Shown here: positions 10,000-19,243 of the stretch, in pieces | How positions within the stretch are numbered: the stretch's first letter is position 1 | Layout of the letters: the number at the start of each line of letters is the position of its first letter | From: an uncultured delta proteobacterium | Lineage (GTDB): Bacteria; Desulfobacterota; Desulfobacteria; Desulfobacterales; UBA2156 | Direction of reading: 5' to 3' | DNA: 64,000 bases | Assembly (NCBI GenBank): GCA_963736855.1 | Contig: CAVTQK010000006.1 | Location: 79,328-143,327 of the forward strand | Position numbers and translations under genes: made by a program | Notes under the pieces: generated by a model | Seen by the model: only the letters and a program-made list of their open reading frames with translations | Database searches by the model: none | Told to the model about the DNA's origin: nothing

Positions 10000-10854
10000 A
10001 TGGGACGCATGAGACGATATTTTATTCTGCTGAATCTGATCGGTGTCACCGTCGCCGTCTTTTTCGTCGTCAAGGTCTTTTACATCTGGGTCACCCAAGA
10101 CCTGACCGTCATCTCCTCACCACGGGGATATTCCGAAACAACAATGGATGTTGAAAAAACATCTCCGCCGCCATCCGATTATCAAAGCATTCTCAAACGC
10201 AACCTTTTTAAAACGGTTTCAAAGGGTATCCCCGGTTCCGGCTCCACCGCAACACCCATCGGGGCGCCCCTACCCATCCAGCTGAATGTGAAACTCTGGG
10301 GGACGGTCACATTTTCAGACGGCAAGGGATTTGCCGTCATCGAAGATGTCCCGGCAAGAAGGCAGGACCTTTTCACAGCGGGAAAAGCAATTCAAAATGC
10401 AACGCTCAAGGAGATCCTGAGGGGCCGGGTGATCTTGAGCGTCAACGGCAGAGACCAAGTTCTCAACATGGAAGATCCGAAAAGCCTTCCGGAAAGGGTG
10501 CAGCCGATTCCCGCATCCGCCCCCCAAAGTACGTCTCAACAAATCGCCCTTTCCCGGCTGCAAATCGATGATGCCGTTCAGAACATCAACGAGCTCATGA
10601 CACAGATCAAGATTCGACCCCATTTCCTGGACGGAAGGCCCGATGGCATTGTCGTAGGTGCAATTGTACCGGACTCCATCTTCAGCAGAATGGGTCTTCA
10701 AAACGGCGACATCATCGCGGGTATCAACGGAGAAAAAATTTTATCGGTGGATGATGCCCTCAAATTGTATCAGGGCATCAAATCCGGAAGCAGCGTGAAC
10801 ATCGAACTCAAGCGGGCGGGGAAAACGGAAACTCTGATGTACCAGATTGAATAG
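10000..10854 (+). CDS. gspC: T2SS protein GspC-like with C-terminal PDZ domain
   Basis: N-terminal TM segment, then a PDZ-like C-terminus (SIFSRMGLQNGDIIAGINGEKILSVDDALKLYQGIKSGSSVNIELKRAG). It lies immediately upstream of the secretin. Confidence 0.6.
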   Translation: MGRMRRYFILLNLIGVTVAVFFVVKVFYIWVTQDLTVISSPRGYSETTMDVEKTSPPPSDYQSILKRNLFKTVSKGIPGSGSTATPIGAPLPIQLNVKLWGTVTFSDGKGFAVIEDVPARRQDLFTAGKAIQNATLKEILRGRVILSVNGRDQVLNMEDPKSLPERVQPIPASAPQSTSQQIALSRLQIDDAVQNINELMTQIKIRPHFLDGRPDGIVVGAIVPDSIFSRMGLQNGDIIAGINGEKILSVDDALKLYQGIKSGSSVNIELKRAGKTETLMYQIE

Positions 10855-10856
10855 AA

Positions 10857-12917
10857 ATGCTAAAAAAGGATTACCCTATGAATGCAACCGTGAACGCCTT
10901 CCTCAATCGACGGCGGCACCTTTTTTGCCTACTGGCATTGACCGTTACCATCTCCCTTGCAGCTCTCTTTGGTGTATTTCACCCGGGGGCTTTGGGTCAA
11001 AATCCTGAAAGCGTGAGTCCCGGGAATGCACAGAAATTAGGCCCCAATCAAAGCGACCAGAGTATTTCCATCGATTTCAACAATGTGGATCTTGCCGTTT
11101 TTATCAAATTTATCAGCGAGCTTTTAGGGAAAAATTTTGTAGTGGACGATCGCGTCAAGGGAAAAGTCACCATCATCTCTCCCAAGAAGGTCTCTATTAA
11201 AGAAGCTTACGATATTTTCGAGTCGGTTCTGGAAGTCTACGGCTACGCCGTCATACCGGCCGGAGAAATCCTCAAAATCGTCCCTTCTCCGGACGCCCGT
11301 ACCAAAAGCATCGAAACCCGGATGAAAGAAGACGCCGATTCCCCCGAAGACCGTGTCGTCACTCAGATCATTCCATTGAAATACGCGGATCCCGAGGAAG
11401 TCAAACGGCTACTTGCCCCATTGATACCGAAAAACAGCGTGATTTTAGCCTACTCCCCGACCAACACCCTGGTGGTCACGGATGTCTACTCCAACATCCG
11501 GCGGTTGATGCGCATCCTGGAAGTCATCGATGTGGCCGGTATCGATCGTGCTGTTTCCGTCATCCCCCTTCAATTTTCCTATGCCGAAAAGATCGTTAAA
11601 CTGATCGAATCCGTTTTCAAAACGTCTCAGCAGCCGCCAAAACCGGTTTCCGATCGTGAAGTAAAGGTCGTTGCCGACGAACGAACGAATTCCATCGTCG
11701 TCATCGCCAGTGAAAGTGATACTCTGAAGATCAAAAGGCTCATCGAGCTTCTCGACAAAGACGTCCCAAAAGGCAAAGAAAAGATCCATATTTATTATTT
11801 GGAAAACGCCGAGGCAGAGGCGCTCGCTAAAGTCCTTCAGGATCTTCCCGCAAAAGAAGAAGCCCCTAAGCCCGGTCAGCCTGCAGTACCGAAAAGGATA
11901 CAACCTTCGGTCACCGAATCTATCACCATCACGCCGGACAAGGCCACTAACAGCCTGATCATTCGCGGAGACGCGGACGACTACAAGTCACTCGAAGAAA
12001 TCATCCAAAAACTCGACATCCCGCGTTCCATGGTCTACATCGAATGCCTTATCATGGAAGTGGACGTAAACAAGGAATTCGAACTGGGAACGGAGTGGAG
12101 CGCGTTCGGAGGCGATCTCCGGGATGACGGATCTTTCCGGGGAGGAGGAGGAGGATTCAGCGGTAGCGGGTTCAACAAAATCCCTCCCATCGACCCGGAC
12201 ACGGGGCTCCCCACCCAGACGCTGCCTTCCGGCTTTTCTCTGGGGATATTCGAAACCATCAAAATCGGAAATGTCTATTTTCCGAACCTGGCCGCCATCG
12301 TGACGGCATACAAAAAAGACAAAGACGTGCATATCCTGTCTACTCCCCAGGTCCTGACCACCGACAATCAGGAAGCCAAGATCACCATCGGGAAAAATAT
12401 CCCTTACCAGACCAAGGAAGGAACCACATCCGCCAACGAGACGTACAGTACTTATGAATACAAGGATGTCGGCATTTCCCTCAAGATCACCCCTTCCATC
12501 AGCAAGGATCGCCTGGTTCGGATGAACATCTCCCAGGAATTTTCTCAACTCGAATCGACCACCGACTTCCGCCCCACCACCCTAAAACGCACCCTCGATA
12601 CCACGGTCATCGTCCATGATAATAATACCGTAGTCATCGGCGGTCTTATCGGGGACGCCTTTTCCAAAACCGAATACCGCGTTCCCTGTCTGGGGGACAT
12701 CCCGGTGGCGGGTTGGCTCTTCAGGTCCTTGGCCAAAGGAGGGGAAAAAACCAACCTCTTTGTTTTTTTGACCCCCCGCGTCATCAATAATGCCGCAGAG
12801 GCCAAGCGCATTTATGAACTCAAAAAAAATGAGTTCGATCGTCTACAGGAAAACCTTTCGAATCCTCGAAAAAAGGAAATGCCGGATGCAGGAAAAGCGA
12901 GGGACAACCGACCGTAA
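10857..12917 (+). CDS. gspD: T2SS outer-membrane secretin GspD
   Basis: 686 aa. N0/N1 domains (IDFNNVDLAVFIKFISELLGKNFVVDDRVKGKVTI) and a secretin C-domain (VIVHDNNTVVIGGLI...VPCLGDIPVAGWLFR). Confidence 0.9.
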   Translation: MLKKDYPMNATVNAFLNRRRHLFCLLALTVTISLAALFGVFHPGALGQNPESVSPGNAQKLGPNQSDQSISIDFNNVDLAVFIKFISELLGKNFVVDDRVKGKVTIISPKKVSIKEAYDIFESVLEVYGYAVIPAGEILKIVPSPDARTKSIETRMKEDADSPEDRVVTQIIPLKYADPEEVKRLLAPLIPKNSVILAYSPTNTLVVTDVYSNIRRLMRILEVIDVAGIDRAVSVIPLQFSYAEKIVKLIESVFKTSQQPPKPVSDREVKVVADERTNSIVVIASESDTLKIKRLIELLDKDVPKGKEKIHIYYLENAEAEALAKVLQDLPAKEEAPKPGQPAVPKRIQPSVTESITITPDKATNSLIIRGDADDYKSLEEIIQKLDIPRSMVYIECLIMEVDVNKEFELGTEWSAFGGDLRDDGSFRGGGGGFSGSGFNKIPPIDPDTGLPTQTLPSGFSLGIFETIKIGNVYFPNLAAIVTAYKKDKDVHILSTPQVLTTDNQEAKITIGKNIPYQTKEGTTSANETYSTYEYKDVGISLKITPSISKDRLVRMNISQEFSQLESTTDFRPTTLKRTLDTTVIVHDNNTVVIGGLIGDAFSKTEYRVPCLGDIPVAGWLFRSLAKGGEKTNLFVFLTPRVINNAAEAKRIYELKKNEFDRLQENLSNPRKKEMPDAGKARDNRP

Positions 12918-12956
12918 GCGCCAACCGGCACGAGGTTTGGGAGGAGAACAAGGGCC

Positions 12957-14717
12957 ATGCAAAACCGCCTGATTGAAGTACTCACCAACCGATTCCAGAT
13001 TCAAGCAGAGGATATCCGGGAGGCATTGACACTTCGGAACCGAAAAGGATCCGGTTTGGGAGATATTCTGATTCAGAAAAAATTGCTTTCTGAAGAAAAA
13101 CTCCTCGAAGCCTTTAGCCTGGTTTACGGTATCCCATATTGGCCGGATCTTCCCATGGAAAATATCTGTTCAGAGTTCACAAAGCGTCTGCCTATCGGTT
13201 TTTTGAAAAAGCATATCATGATCCCACTTTGGGAGCCTGAACCCGCGTTGAATCAAAGTCTATCGTCCGGGCCGAATGGAAAGGCGGAGAAGCCGGATCA
13301 AATTTCCTCACGGAGTTATGTCGTTGCGGTCCGAAGTCTCAACAGTCTCCAGGCGGTGGACGACCTGGTCCGGATCATGGGAATTGAAGATTATCGCCTG
13401 GTCCTTTCCACCAGAGGGGCCATCCTGTCGGCCATCAACATGTCCTTTGAGTTGTGCCGGGATTCGGCGGAGCAAATTGTTCAGGACATGGAGGAAGATG
13501 GGAAAGCGATCCTCAGTGAAATCAAGGACCGGGCCGACCTGTTAGACGACACCAGTGATGCACCGATCGTCAAATTGGTCAACCACATCATCTCTCAGGC
13601 CGTAAAAGCCAGGGCCAGCGACATCCACGTAGAACCGTATCATGACAGCTTCAAAATCCGTTACCGCATCGACGGAATCCTTTACGATACCCTCACCCCG
13701 CCAAAATGGATTCAGCCCGCCCTCATTTCGCGCATTAAAATCATGACTCAGATGAACATCGCCGAAAAGAGACTTCCTCAGGACGGCCGTTTTGACGTGA
13801 AAGTGGGAGACCAGGAGATCGATATCCGGGTATCCACCATTCCCACCGCCTTTGGCGAGCGGGTGGTGTTGCGGCTTCTCAACAAATCAAGCTCCCTGTT
13901 GAAGCTGACCGAAATCGGCCTGGAGGCCGAGCGACTGGCCGAACTGAAAAGCCTGATTCAGAATACCAACGGCGTCATCCTGATCACAGGCCCCACCGGC
14001 AGCGGAAAGACCACCACTCTGTATGCTGTTTTGTCATTTCTTAATACACCGGGCATCAACATCATCACCATCGAAGATCCCGTGGAATACCAAATCAAAG
14101 GGATCAATCAGATTCAGGTCAACCCCAAGATCGATTTGACCTTTGCCCGTGGGCTCCGCCATATTGTGAGGCAGGATCCGGATGTCATTCTCGTGGGGGA
14201 GATCCGAGACTTGGAAACCGCTGAAATCGCCGTCCAGTCGGCCCTTACCGGCCACCTCGTCTTTTCGACCCTTCACACGAACGACTCGGCCAGCGCCATC
14301 ACGCGTCTGGTAGATATCGGTATCGAACCTTTTTTAATATCTTCTTCCGTAAAAGGGGTCGCCGCACAGAGGCTGATCCGGGTTCTGTGTAACGAATGCA
14401 AAGAACCCTACACACCGGACGAAGCAGCGCTTCAGGCCATCGGGATTCCTCCGGATAAAGTCGCCGACGGAGCCATTTATCATTCCGTGGGGTGTCCGAT
14501 CTGCTTTCAAACCGGATATCGGGGCCGCATCGGCATCTTCGAGGTCATGACCATTGACTCGACCCTTTCCAACCTCCTTCTGAAGACTTACGATGCCAAC
14601 CGGATCAAGGCCCAAGCCGTCGAAAAAGGTATGGTGGCCTTACGTGAGGACGGTATCCGCAAGGTCCTGAAAGGAATCACTACCATTGAAGAAGTCCTGC
14701 GGGTTACCCAGAAATAA
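12957..14717 (+). CDS. gspE: T2SS ATPase GspE
   Basis: Walker A GPTGSGKTTTLYA, Asp/His boxes (VRQDPDVILVGEIRDLETAEIAVQSALTGHLVFSTLHTND), and a tetracysteine motif CNEC...CPIC. Confidence 0.9.
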   Translation: MQNRLIEVLTNRFQIQAEDIREALTLRNRKGSGLGDILIQKKLLSEEKLLEAFSLVYGIPYWPDLPMENICSEFTKRLPIGFLKKHIMIPLWEPEPALNQSLSSGPNGKAEKPDQISSRSYVVAVRSLNSLQAVDDLVRIMGIEDYRLVLSTRGAILSAINMSFELCRDSAEQIVQDMEEDGKAILSEIKDRADLLDDTSDAPIVKLVNHIISQAVKARASDIHVEPYHDSFKIRYRIDGILYDTLTPPKWIQPALISRIKIMTQMNIAEKRLPQDGRFDVKVGDQEIDIRVSTIPTAFGERVVLRLLNKSSSLLKLTEIGLEAERLAELKSLIQNTNGVILITGPTGSGKTTTLYAVLSFLNTPGINIITIEDPVEYQIKGINQIQVNPKIDLTFARGLRHIVRQDPDVILVGEIRDLETAEIAVQSALTGHLVFSTLHTNDSASAITRLVDIGIEPFLISSSVKGVAAQRLIRVLCNECKEPYTPDEAALQAIGIPPDKVADGAIYHSVGCPICFQTGYRGRIGIFEVMTIDSTLSNLLLKTYDANRIKAQAVEKGMVALREDGIRKVLKGITTIEEVLRVTQK

Positions 14718-15717
14718 TAAAAATATCCCGGCTTTTCAATTCAAAAACCAGAAGAATCTTCCGGGGTTTTTCGAAAACAAAAAGATACTGGCCGCCGGGA
14801 CCTTTCTGGTATGGGTGCTGACTCTTCTAATACCGCCGGGAGTTCATTCAACCGCCGAAAGCCAGCCCCGATACTGCATCACGGCCGATGTTCAGTTTGC
14901 CTATGCCCTCAGTCTTTATGACAAGGCGGAGTATCCGGAATCTGTGGTCGAGTTTAGACGGTTCATTCAGTTTTTTCCAGATGATGTCCGGATCGAAACA
15001 GCATGGTACCATATCGGCATGTCATTTTTTCACACCGATCAATATCCCAGAGCCGTCCGCTCCTTTCAAACCCTCATCGAAACATTCGGGCAGACGACAC
15101 TGGGCGTGAAATCGCATTTTAATATCAGCGAATCCTATTTGAAGCTGAATAACACAGGCCAGGCCTTGATCGCGCTCTTTAATCTGATCACCCTCGCCGA
15201 CGATTCCGCCGTGAAAAATATGGCATACTATCAGGCAGGATGGATCTATCTGGAAATGGCGCAATGGGACAAGGCTCGGGCCGCCTTTGAAAACATCACC
15301 CCCGGTGACCAAGATCATTTCGGCGTAAAAGTGCTGCTGGATCATCTGGAAAGCCATCGGGAACTGAAAAATAAAGATCCAAAGTTCGCCGGTCTCTTGG
15401 CCGTCGTACCGGGTGCCGGGCATCTGTATTGCACGCGATACCGGGACGCCTTCACGGCGTTTGTGGTCAACGGGCTCTTGGCCTGGGCAGCCTGGGAGGC
15501 TTTTGACAAAGACAGCCCCGCCCTGGGAAGCGCCATTGCGGTGGTCGGGTTCGGATTTTACGCAGGATCCATTTTTGGGTCTGTCTCCGCTGCGCACAAA
15601 TTCAACCAAGAACAGACCCGACATTTCATCGATAAATTAAAAAGCGAGGTAAAGGTAACCCTTTCTGCCTCACCCAAGTTGGACGGAGGTGTACTGATGG
15701 CGCATTTCTTCTTCTAA
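14686..15717 (+). CDS. TPR-repeat protein with signal/TM segment and C-terminal membrane domain, co-oriented with the gsp cluster
   Basis: TPR-like helices (FAYALSLYDKAEYPESVVEFRRFIQFFPDD..., YQAGWIYLEMAQWDKARAAF). C-terminal hydrophobic segments (FAGLLAVVPGAGHLY, VVNGLLAWAAWEAF). The start is uncertain. Confidence 0.5.
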   Translation: MKKSCGLPRNNKNIPAFQFKNQKNLPGFFENKKILAAGTFLVWVLTLLIPPGVHSTAESQPRYCITADVQFAYALSLYDKAEYPESVVEFRRFIQFFPDDVRIETAWYHIGMSFFHTDQYPRAVRSFQTLIETFGQTTLGVKSHFNISESYLKLNNTGQALIALFNLITLADDSAVKNMAYYQAGWIYLEMAQWDKARAAFENITPGDQDHFGVKVLLDHLESHRELKNKDPKFAGLLAVVPGAGHLYCTRYRDAFTAFVVNGLLAWAAWEAFDKDSPALGSAIAVVGFGFYAGSIFGSVSAAHKFNQEQTRHFIDKLKSEVKVTLSASPKLDGGVLMAHFFF

Positions 15718-15734
15718 CGGCTGAAAGGCACCAC

Positions 15735-16874
15735 ATGGAAAAAATTCTGAAAGGATGCTTGGTGCTGGACCTTTCCAGGCTCTTGCCCGGTCCGTTTTGT
15801 TCGATGGTTTTAGCCGACCACGGGGCCCGTGTCATATCTGTTGAAGGGCATCGCTTTGAAAAAGACGCAATTTACCATTATCGGAGCATCAATCGGAACA
15901 AGGAACACATGGCTCTCGATCTGAAAGCCCCGGAGGGAAAGGAGATCTTTTTCATGCTGGCCCGGCGAGCGGACATCATCCTGGAGGGGTTTCGCCCCGG
16001 GGTCGTCAAACGGCTCGGGATCGGATATTCGGACATTGCATCCGTCAACCCCTCCATCATCTACTGCTCCATCACCGGATATGGCCAGGAAGGCCCGCTT
16101 TCCGACCAGGCAGGCCACGACGTGAATTATTTGGGATACAGCGGAGTCCTTTCTCTTATCGGGCGTAAAAACGGACCGCCTTGTATCCCGGGAATCCAGA
16201 TCGCCGACATCAGCGGAGGCTTAAACGCCGCGATTGCCATCTTGATGGCCCTTTACCACAGGGAAAAAACCGGAGCCGGTCGGTATATCGATGTTTCCAT
16301 GACCGACTCCCTTATGGCCATGCTTTCACAGGCAGCCGGCCAGATTTGGGAGTCCGGCTCATCGCCGGAGAGAGGCGACTCCCTACTTTCGCACCGATTT
16401 GCCTGTTACAACGTTTATGGAACCCAGGATGACCGATACATTACCCTCGCCGCCCTGGAAATGCGCTTCTGGGAAAGCCTGTGTCGTTATTTCAGTGTCC
16501 CGGAATTTGTCTCCCTGCAATACGAGGAGAAGGAACAAGACCGGCTGATCACTTTTTTTAAAAAAACTTTTTTATCCAAAACCCGTGATGCGTGGGTCGC
16601 ACTTTTTTCAAAAAAAGATGTGTGCTTAGGGCCGGTTCTCACTGTCCCTGAAGCCCAGGAGAGTGAGTATGCCAGGGCACGCAATACGGTGGTGGAGACC
16701 ACGGATTCAAAAGGGATGTATCGCGTCCTGGGCTTGCCGTTTCGGTTTTCAGAGGCTCCGCAAACGCATCCCTCCCGTCCTCCCGCCTTCGGCGAAAACA
16801 CGGCCGCCATTCTGGAAGAGCTGGGTTTTTCTGAAGAAGAAATCAGGAAATTGGCGCGAAAGCAGGTGATCTAA
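15735..16874 (+). CDS. Family III CoA-transferase (CaiB/BaiF / alpha-methylacyl-CoA racemase family)
   Basis: N-terminus LKGCLVLDLSRLLPGPFCSMVLADHGARVISVE and the central GIQIADISGGLNAAIAILMAL are typical of the family. Confidence 0.8.
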   Translation: MEKILKGCLVLDLSRLLPGPFCSMVLADHGARVISVEGHRFEKDAIYHYRSINRNKEHMALDLKAPEGKEIFFMLARRADIILEGFRPGVVKRLGIGYSDIASVNPSIIYCSITGYGQEGPLSDQAGHDVNYLGYSGVLSLIGRKNGPPCIPGIQIADISGGLNAAIAILMALYHREKTGAGRYIDVSMTDSLMAMLSQAAGQIWESGSSPERGDSLLSHRFACYNVYGTQDDRYITLAALEMRFWESLCRYFSVPEFVSLQYEEKEQDRLITFFKKTFLSKTRDAWVALFSKKDVCLGPVLTVPEAQESEYARARNTVVETTDSKGMYRVLGLPFRFSEAPQTHPSRPPAFGENTAAILEELGFSEEEIRKLARKQVI

Positions 16875-16945
16875 AAGCGAGGTCGGTGCTTCCCCCGGTG
16901 CACCCAGCCTTTTTTAAACCGGGCAACAGTACCAACCCGGGGGGT

Positions 16946-19243
16946 TTAAGAGTCGGAGTCGTAGCCGCGAACAAGGACTTCCCTCGGCTTCACACCGTCG
17001 GAAGGACCCACAATTCCTTCTCTTTCCATGGTTTCGATAATCCGGGCCGCCCGGTTATATCCGATACGCAGATGACGCTGAACCATGGAGATGGATGCCT
17101 GGCGCGTTCGGGTCACTAAGGCCACGGCATCGTCATAGTGCTCATCGTATTCTCCCGAATCGGCTTTCGTGACCTCCTCTTTTGGAGCCCGTGTGACTTC
17201 CTCCAGGTACTGAGGGGCTTTTTGCTTTTTCAAAAATTCTACAATCCGTGTCAGTTCCCCCTCGGAAAGATAAGCCCCATGAATGCGCTGGAGTTTCCCC
17301 GTGCCGGGCGGAAGGAAAAGCATGTCTCCGCTCCCCAGAAGGGCCTCGGCACCGTTGGTGTCGATGATGGTTCGGGAATCGGTCTTGGAGGAGACTTGAA
17401 ACGTCAGACGCGTGGGAAAGTTGGCCTTGATGACCCCGGTCAATACATCCACGGATGGCCTCTGCGTGGCGATGATAAGATGGATTCCGGCCGCCCGCGC
17501 CATCTGTGCCAGGCGCATCAGGGCAAACTCCACGTCCCGGGATGCCACCATCATGAGGTCTGACAGCTCATCGATAACTACCACAATATACGGGAGTTGT
17601 TCGGTGCCCTCTTCTTTTTTCTCTTTTCTCTCCTGCTCGATCTTTTGGTTGTACTGCCGGATGTTCCTCGCCTTTTTTTCGGAAAGCACGACGTATCGCC
17701 GCTCCATTTCCCGCACCGCCCAGAAAAGGGCGTTGTTGGCCTCTTTCACGTCGGTCACTACGGGCGTGATCAGGTGCGGGATGCCGTTGTAGAGGGAAAG
17801 CTCGATCCTTTTAGGATCGATAAGAATCATCTTCACTTCGTTGGGGGAAGCCTTATAGAGCATGCTGCAGATCATTCCGTTGAGGGCCACGCTCTTCCCC
17901 GTTCCGGTTGCGCCGGCGATCAGCAGATGCGGCATTTGACCCAGGTCCGTAACAATCGGTTCTCCTACGATATCCTTTCCCAGACATATGGTCAGCTTGG
18001 ACTTAGACTTTTCAAAGGCACTCGAAATGATGACCTCCTTGAACCGGACAATTTCGCGCACAGCATTGGGAATCTCGATGCCGATCACCGATTTTCCGGG
18101 AATCGGTGCGACGATGCGCACGCTGAGTGCACGAAGGGCCAGGGAAAGGTCGTCCGCCAATCCGGCGATCTTGCTGATTTTGACTCCCGGGGCGGGCTCA
18201 TATTCGAAGGTGGTTATGACCGGTCCGGGCGCCACGGACACGACCCGCCCCTCCACGCCGAAGTCGGCCAGTTTCTTCTCCAAAAGTTTGGACTGCATTT
18301 TTAGGTTTTCGCTGTCCACCTGCACCGCCCGGACCCCCGGGTCCTCCAGGAGATTGGTCCCGGGCCCCTGATATCCGGATTCTTTCTTCATGAAATCAAA
18401 AACAGCCTGCTTGGGGACCGGAGCTTCCTTGATCGGTTTCTGCGGAGGGGTCTTGATGGTGATGGATTCTCCTGAAGGAATCCGTCGGGACACGATTTTT
18501 CTTTTCCGGACCTTCTCCCTCCGTTCCTTTTGCTTGGTGACGAAAGCCTTTATACGGTCGACCAGGGAACGCCAGGAGCGAGAGAGGATTCTGAAAAAGC
18601 TCACAATAGAGAACCCGGTGGCCAGGACAAAACCGATGATCCAGATCACCAAAAGGGTGATCAGCCCACCGGTAGTGTTGGCATAGCCGGTGAAAAACGA
18701 TTTCATCGGCAGGCCGATCAGCCCGCCCGAGGAAAAGGGTTGACCGAAAATTTGAAAGGTCATCTGTTTAAAGGCCAGGAGACTTCCTGTTGTAACGATA
18801 AGAAGAACCCCTCCGAAAAGCGTCGTCAATATGGCTTTTTTGGGGTGATCACCGAAAAAATGGATGCTTGAAAGAAGTAAAAGGACGGGGATCCAGAACG
18901 CTCCGATGCCAAAAAGCCCGACCAAAAAACCTGCGAGCTGAGCGCCGAACAGACCGAATAGATTATGAATCGTTTTTCCTGCGGCGGCGGTGTGAATGGA
19001 AGGATCCGACGGACTGAAAGACAGCAAACTGATCAGCGTCAGAATCACCAGGAAAAACAAAATAATGCCGGCTATTTCTTTCCGCATAATTGGGGACACC
19101 CGGTGCATTCCATTGCGTTTGAGGTTAACATGGCGGTGATCATTTCGTCCTTTTGACCATTCCTGTTTTCGTTGTAACATGGGGCGGGTTTCTTCCCATT
19201 TTTGCCCTCTCTCCCTTGTTTCTTTGCCACTTTTAAACTTCAA
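16946..19243 (-). CDS. ftsK: DNA translocase FtsK
   Basis: N-terminal multi-TM region, a Pro/Lys linker, the motor domain with Walker A LLIAGATGTGKSV, and a C-terminal gamma winged-helix (LYDDAVALVTRTRQASISMVQRHLRIGYNRAARIIE). The true start may be an internal Met (MHRVSPIMRKE). Confidence 0.9.
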   Translation of the reverse strand: MKFKSGKETRERGQKWEETRPMLQRKQEWSKGRNDHRHVNLKRNGMHRVSPIMRKEIAGIILFFLVILTLISLLSFSPSDPSIHTAAAGKTIHNLFGLFGAQLAGFLVGLFGIGAFWIPVLLLLSSIHFFGDHPKKAILTTLFGGVLLIVTTGSLLAFKQMTFQIFGQPFSSGGLIGLPMKSFFTGYANTTGGLITLLVIWIIGFVLATGFSIVSFFRILSRSWRSLVDRIKAFVTKQKERREKVRKRKIVSRRIPSGESITIKTPPQKPIKEAPVPKQAVFDFMKKESGYQGPGTNLLEDPGVRAVQVDSENLKMQSKLLEKKLADFGVEGRVVSVAPGPVITTFEYEPAPGVKISKIAGLADDLSLALRALSVRIVAPIPGKSVIGIEIPNAVREIVRFKEVIISSAFEKSKSKLTICLGKDIVGEPIVTDLGQMPHLLIAGATGTGKSVALNGMICSMLYKASPNEVKMILIDPKRIELSLYNGIPHLITPVVTDVKEANNALFWAVREMERRYVVLSEKKARNIRQYNQKIEQERKEKKEEGTEQLPYIVVVIDELSDLMMVASRDVEFALMRLAQMARAAGIHLIIATQRPSVDVLTGVIKANFPTRLTFQVSSKTDSRTIIDTNGAEALLGSGDMLFLPPGTGKLQRIHGAYLSEGELTRIVEFLKKQKAPQYLEEVTRAPKEEVTKADSGEYDEHYDDAVALVTRTRQASISMVQRHLRIGYNRAARIIETMEREGIVGPSDGVKPREVLVRGYDSDS

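Noticed and set aside
16880-16950. Convergent-gene hairpins between the CoA-transferase gene and ftsK (GGTGC..GCACC with a T-run; CCGGG..CCCGG)
   Set aside because: The stems are only 5 bp and the loops are long. This is too weak to call as terminators with confidence.
17138-18871. Several 100-235-aa plus-strand ORFs
   Set aside because: All are antisense to ftsK, whose frame shows Walker A and gamma-domain motifs.
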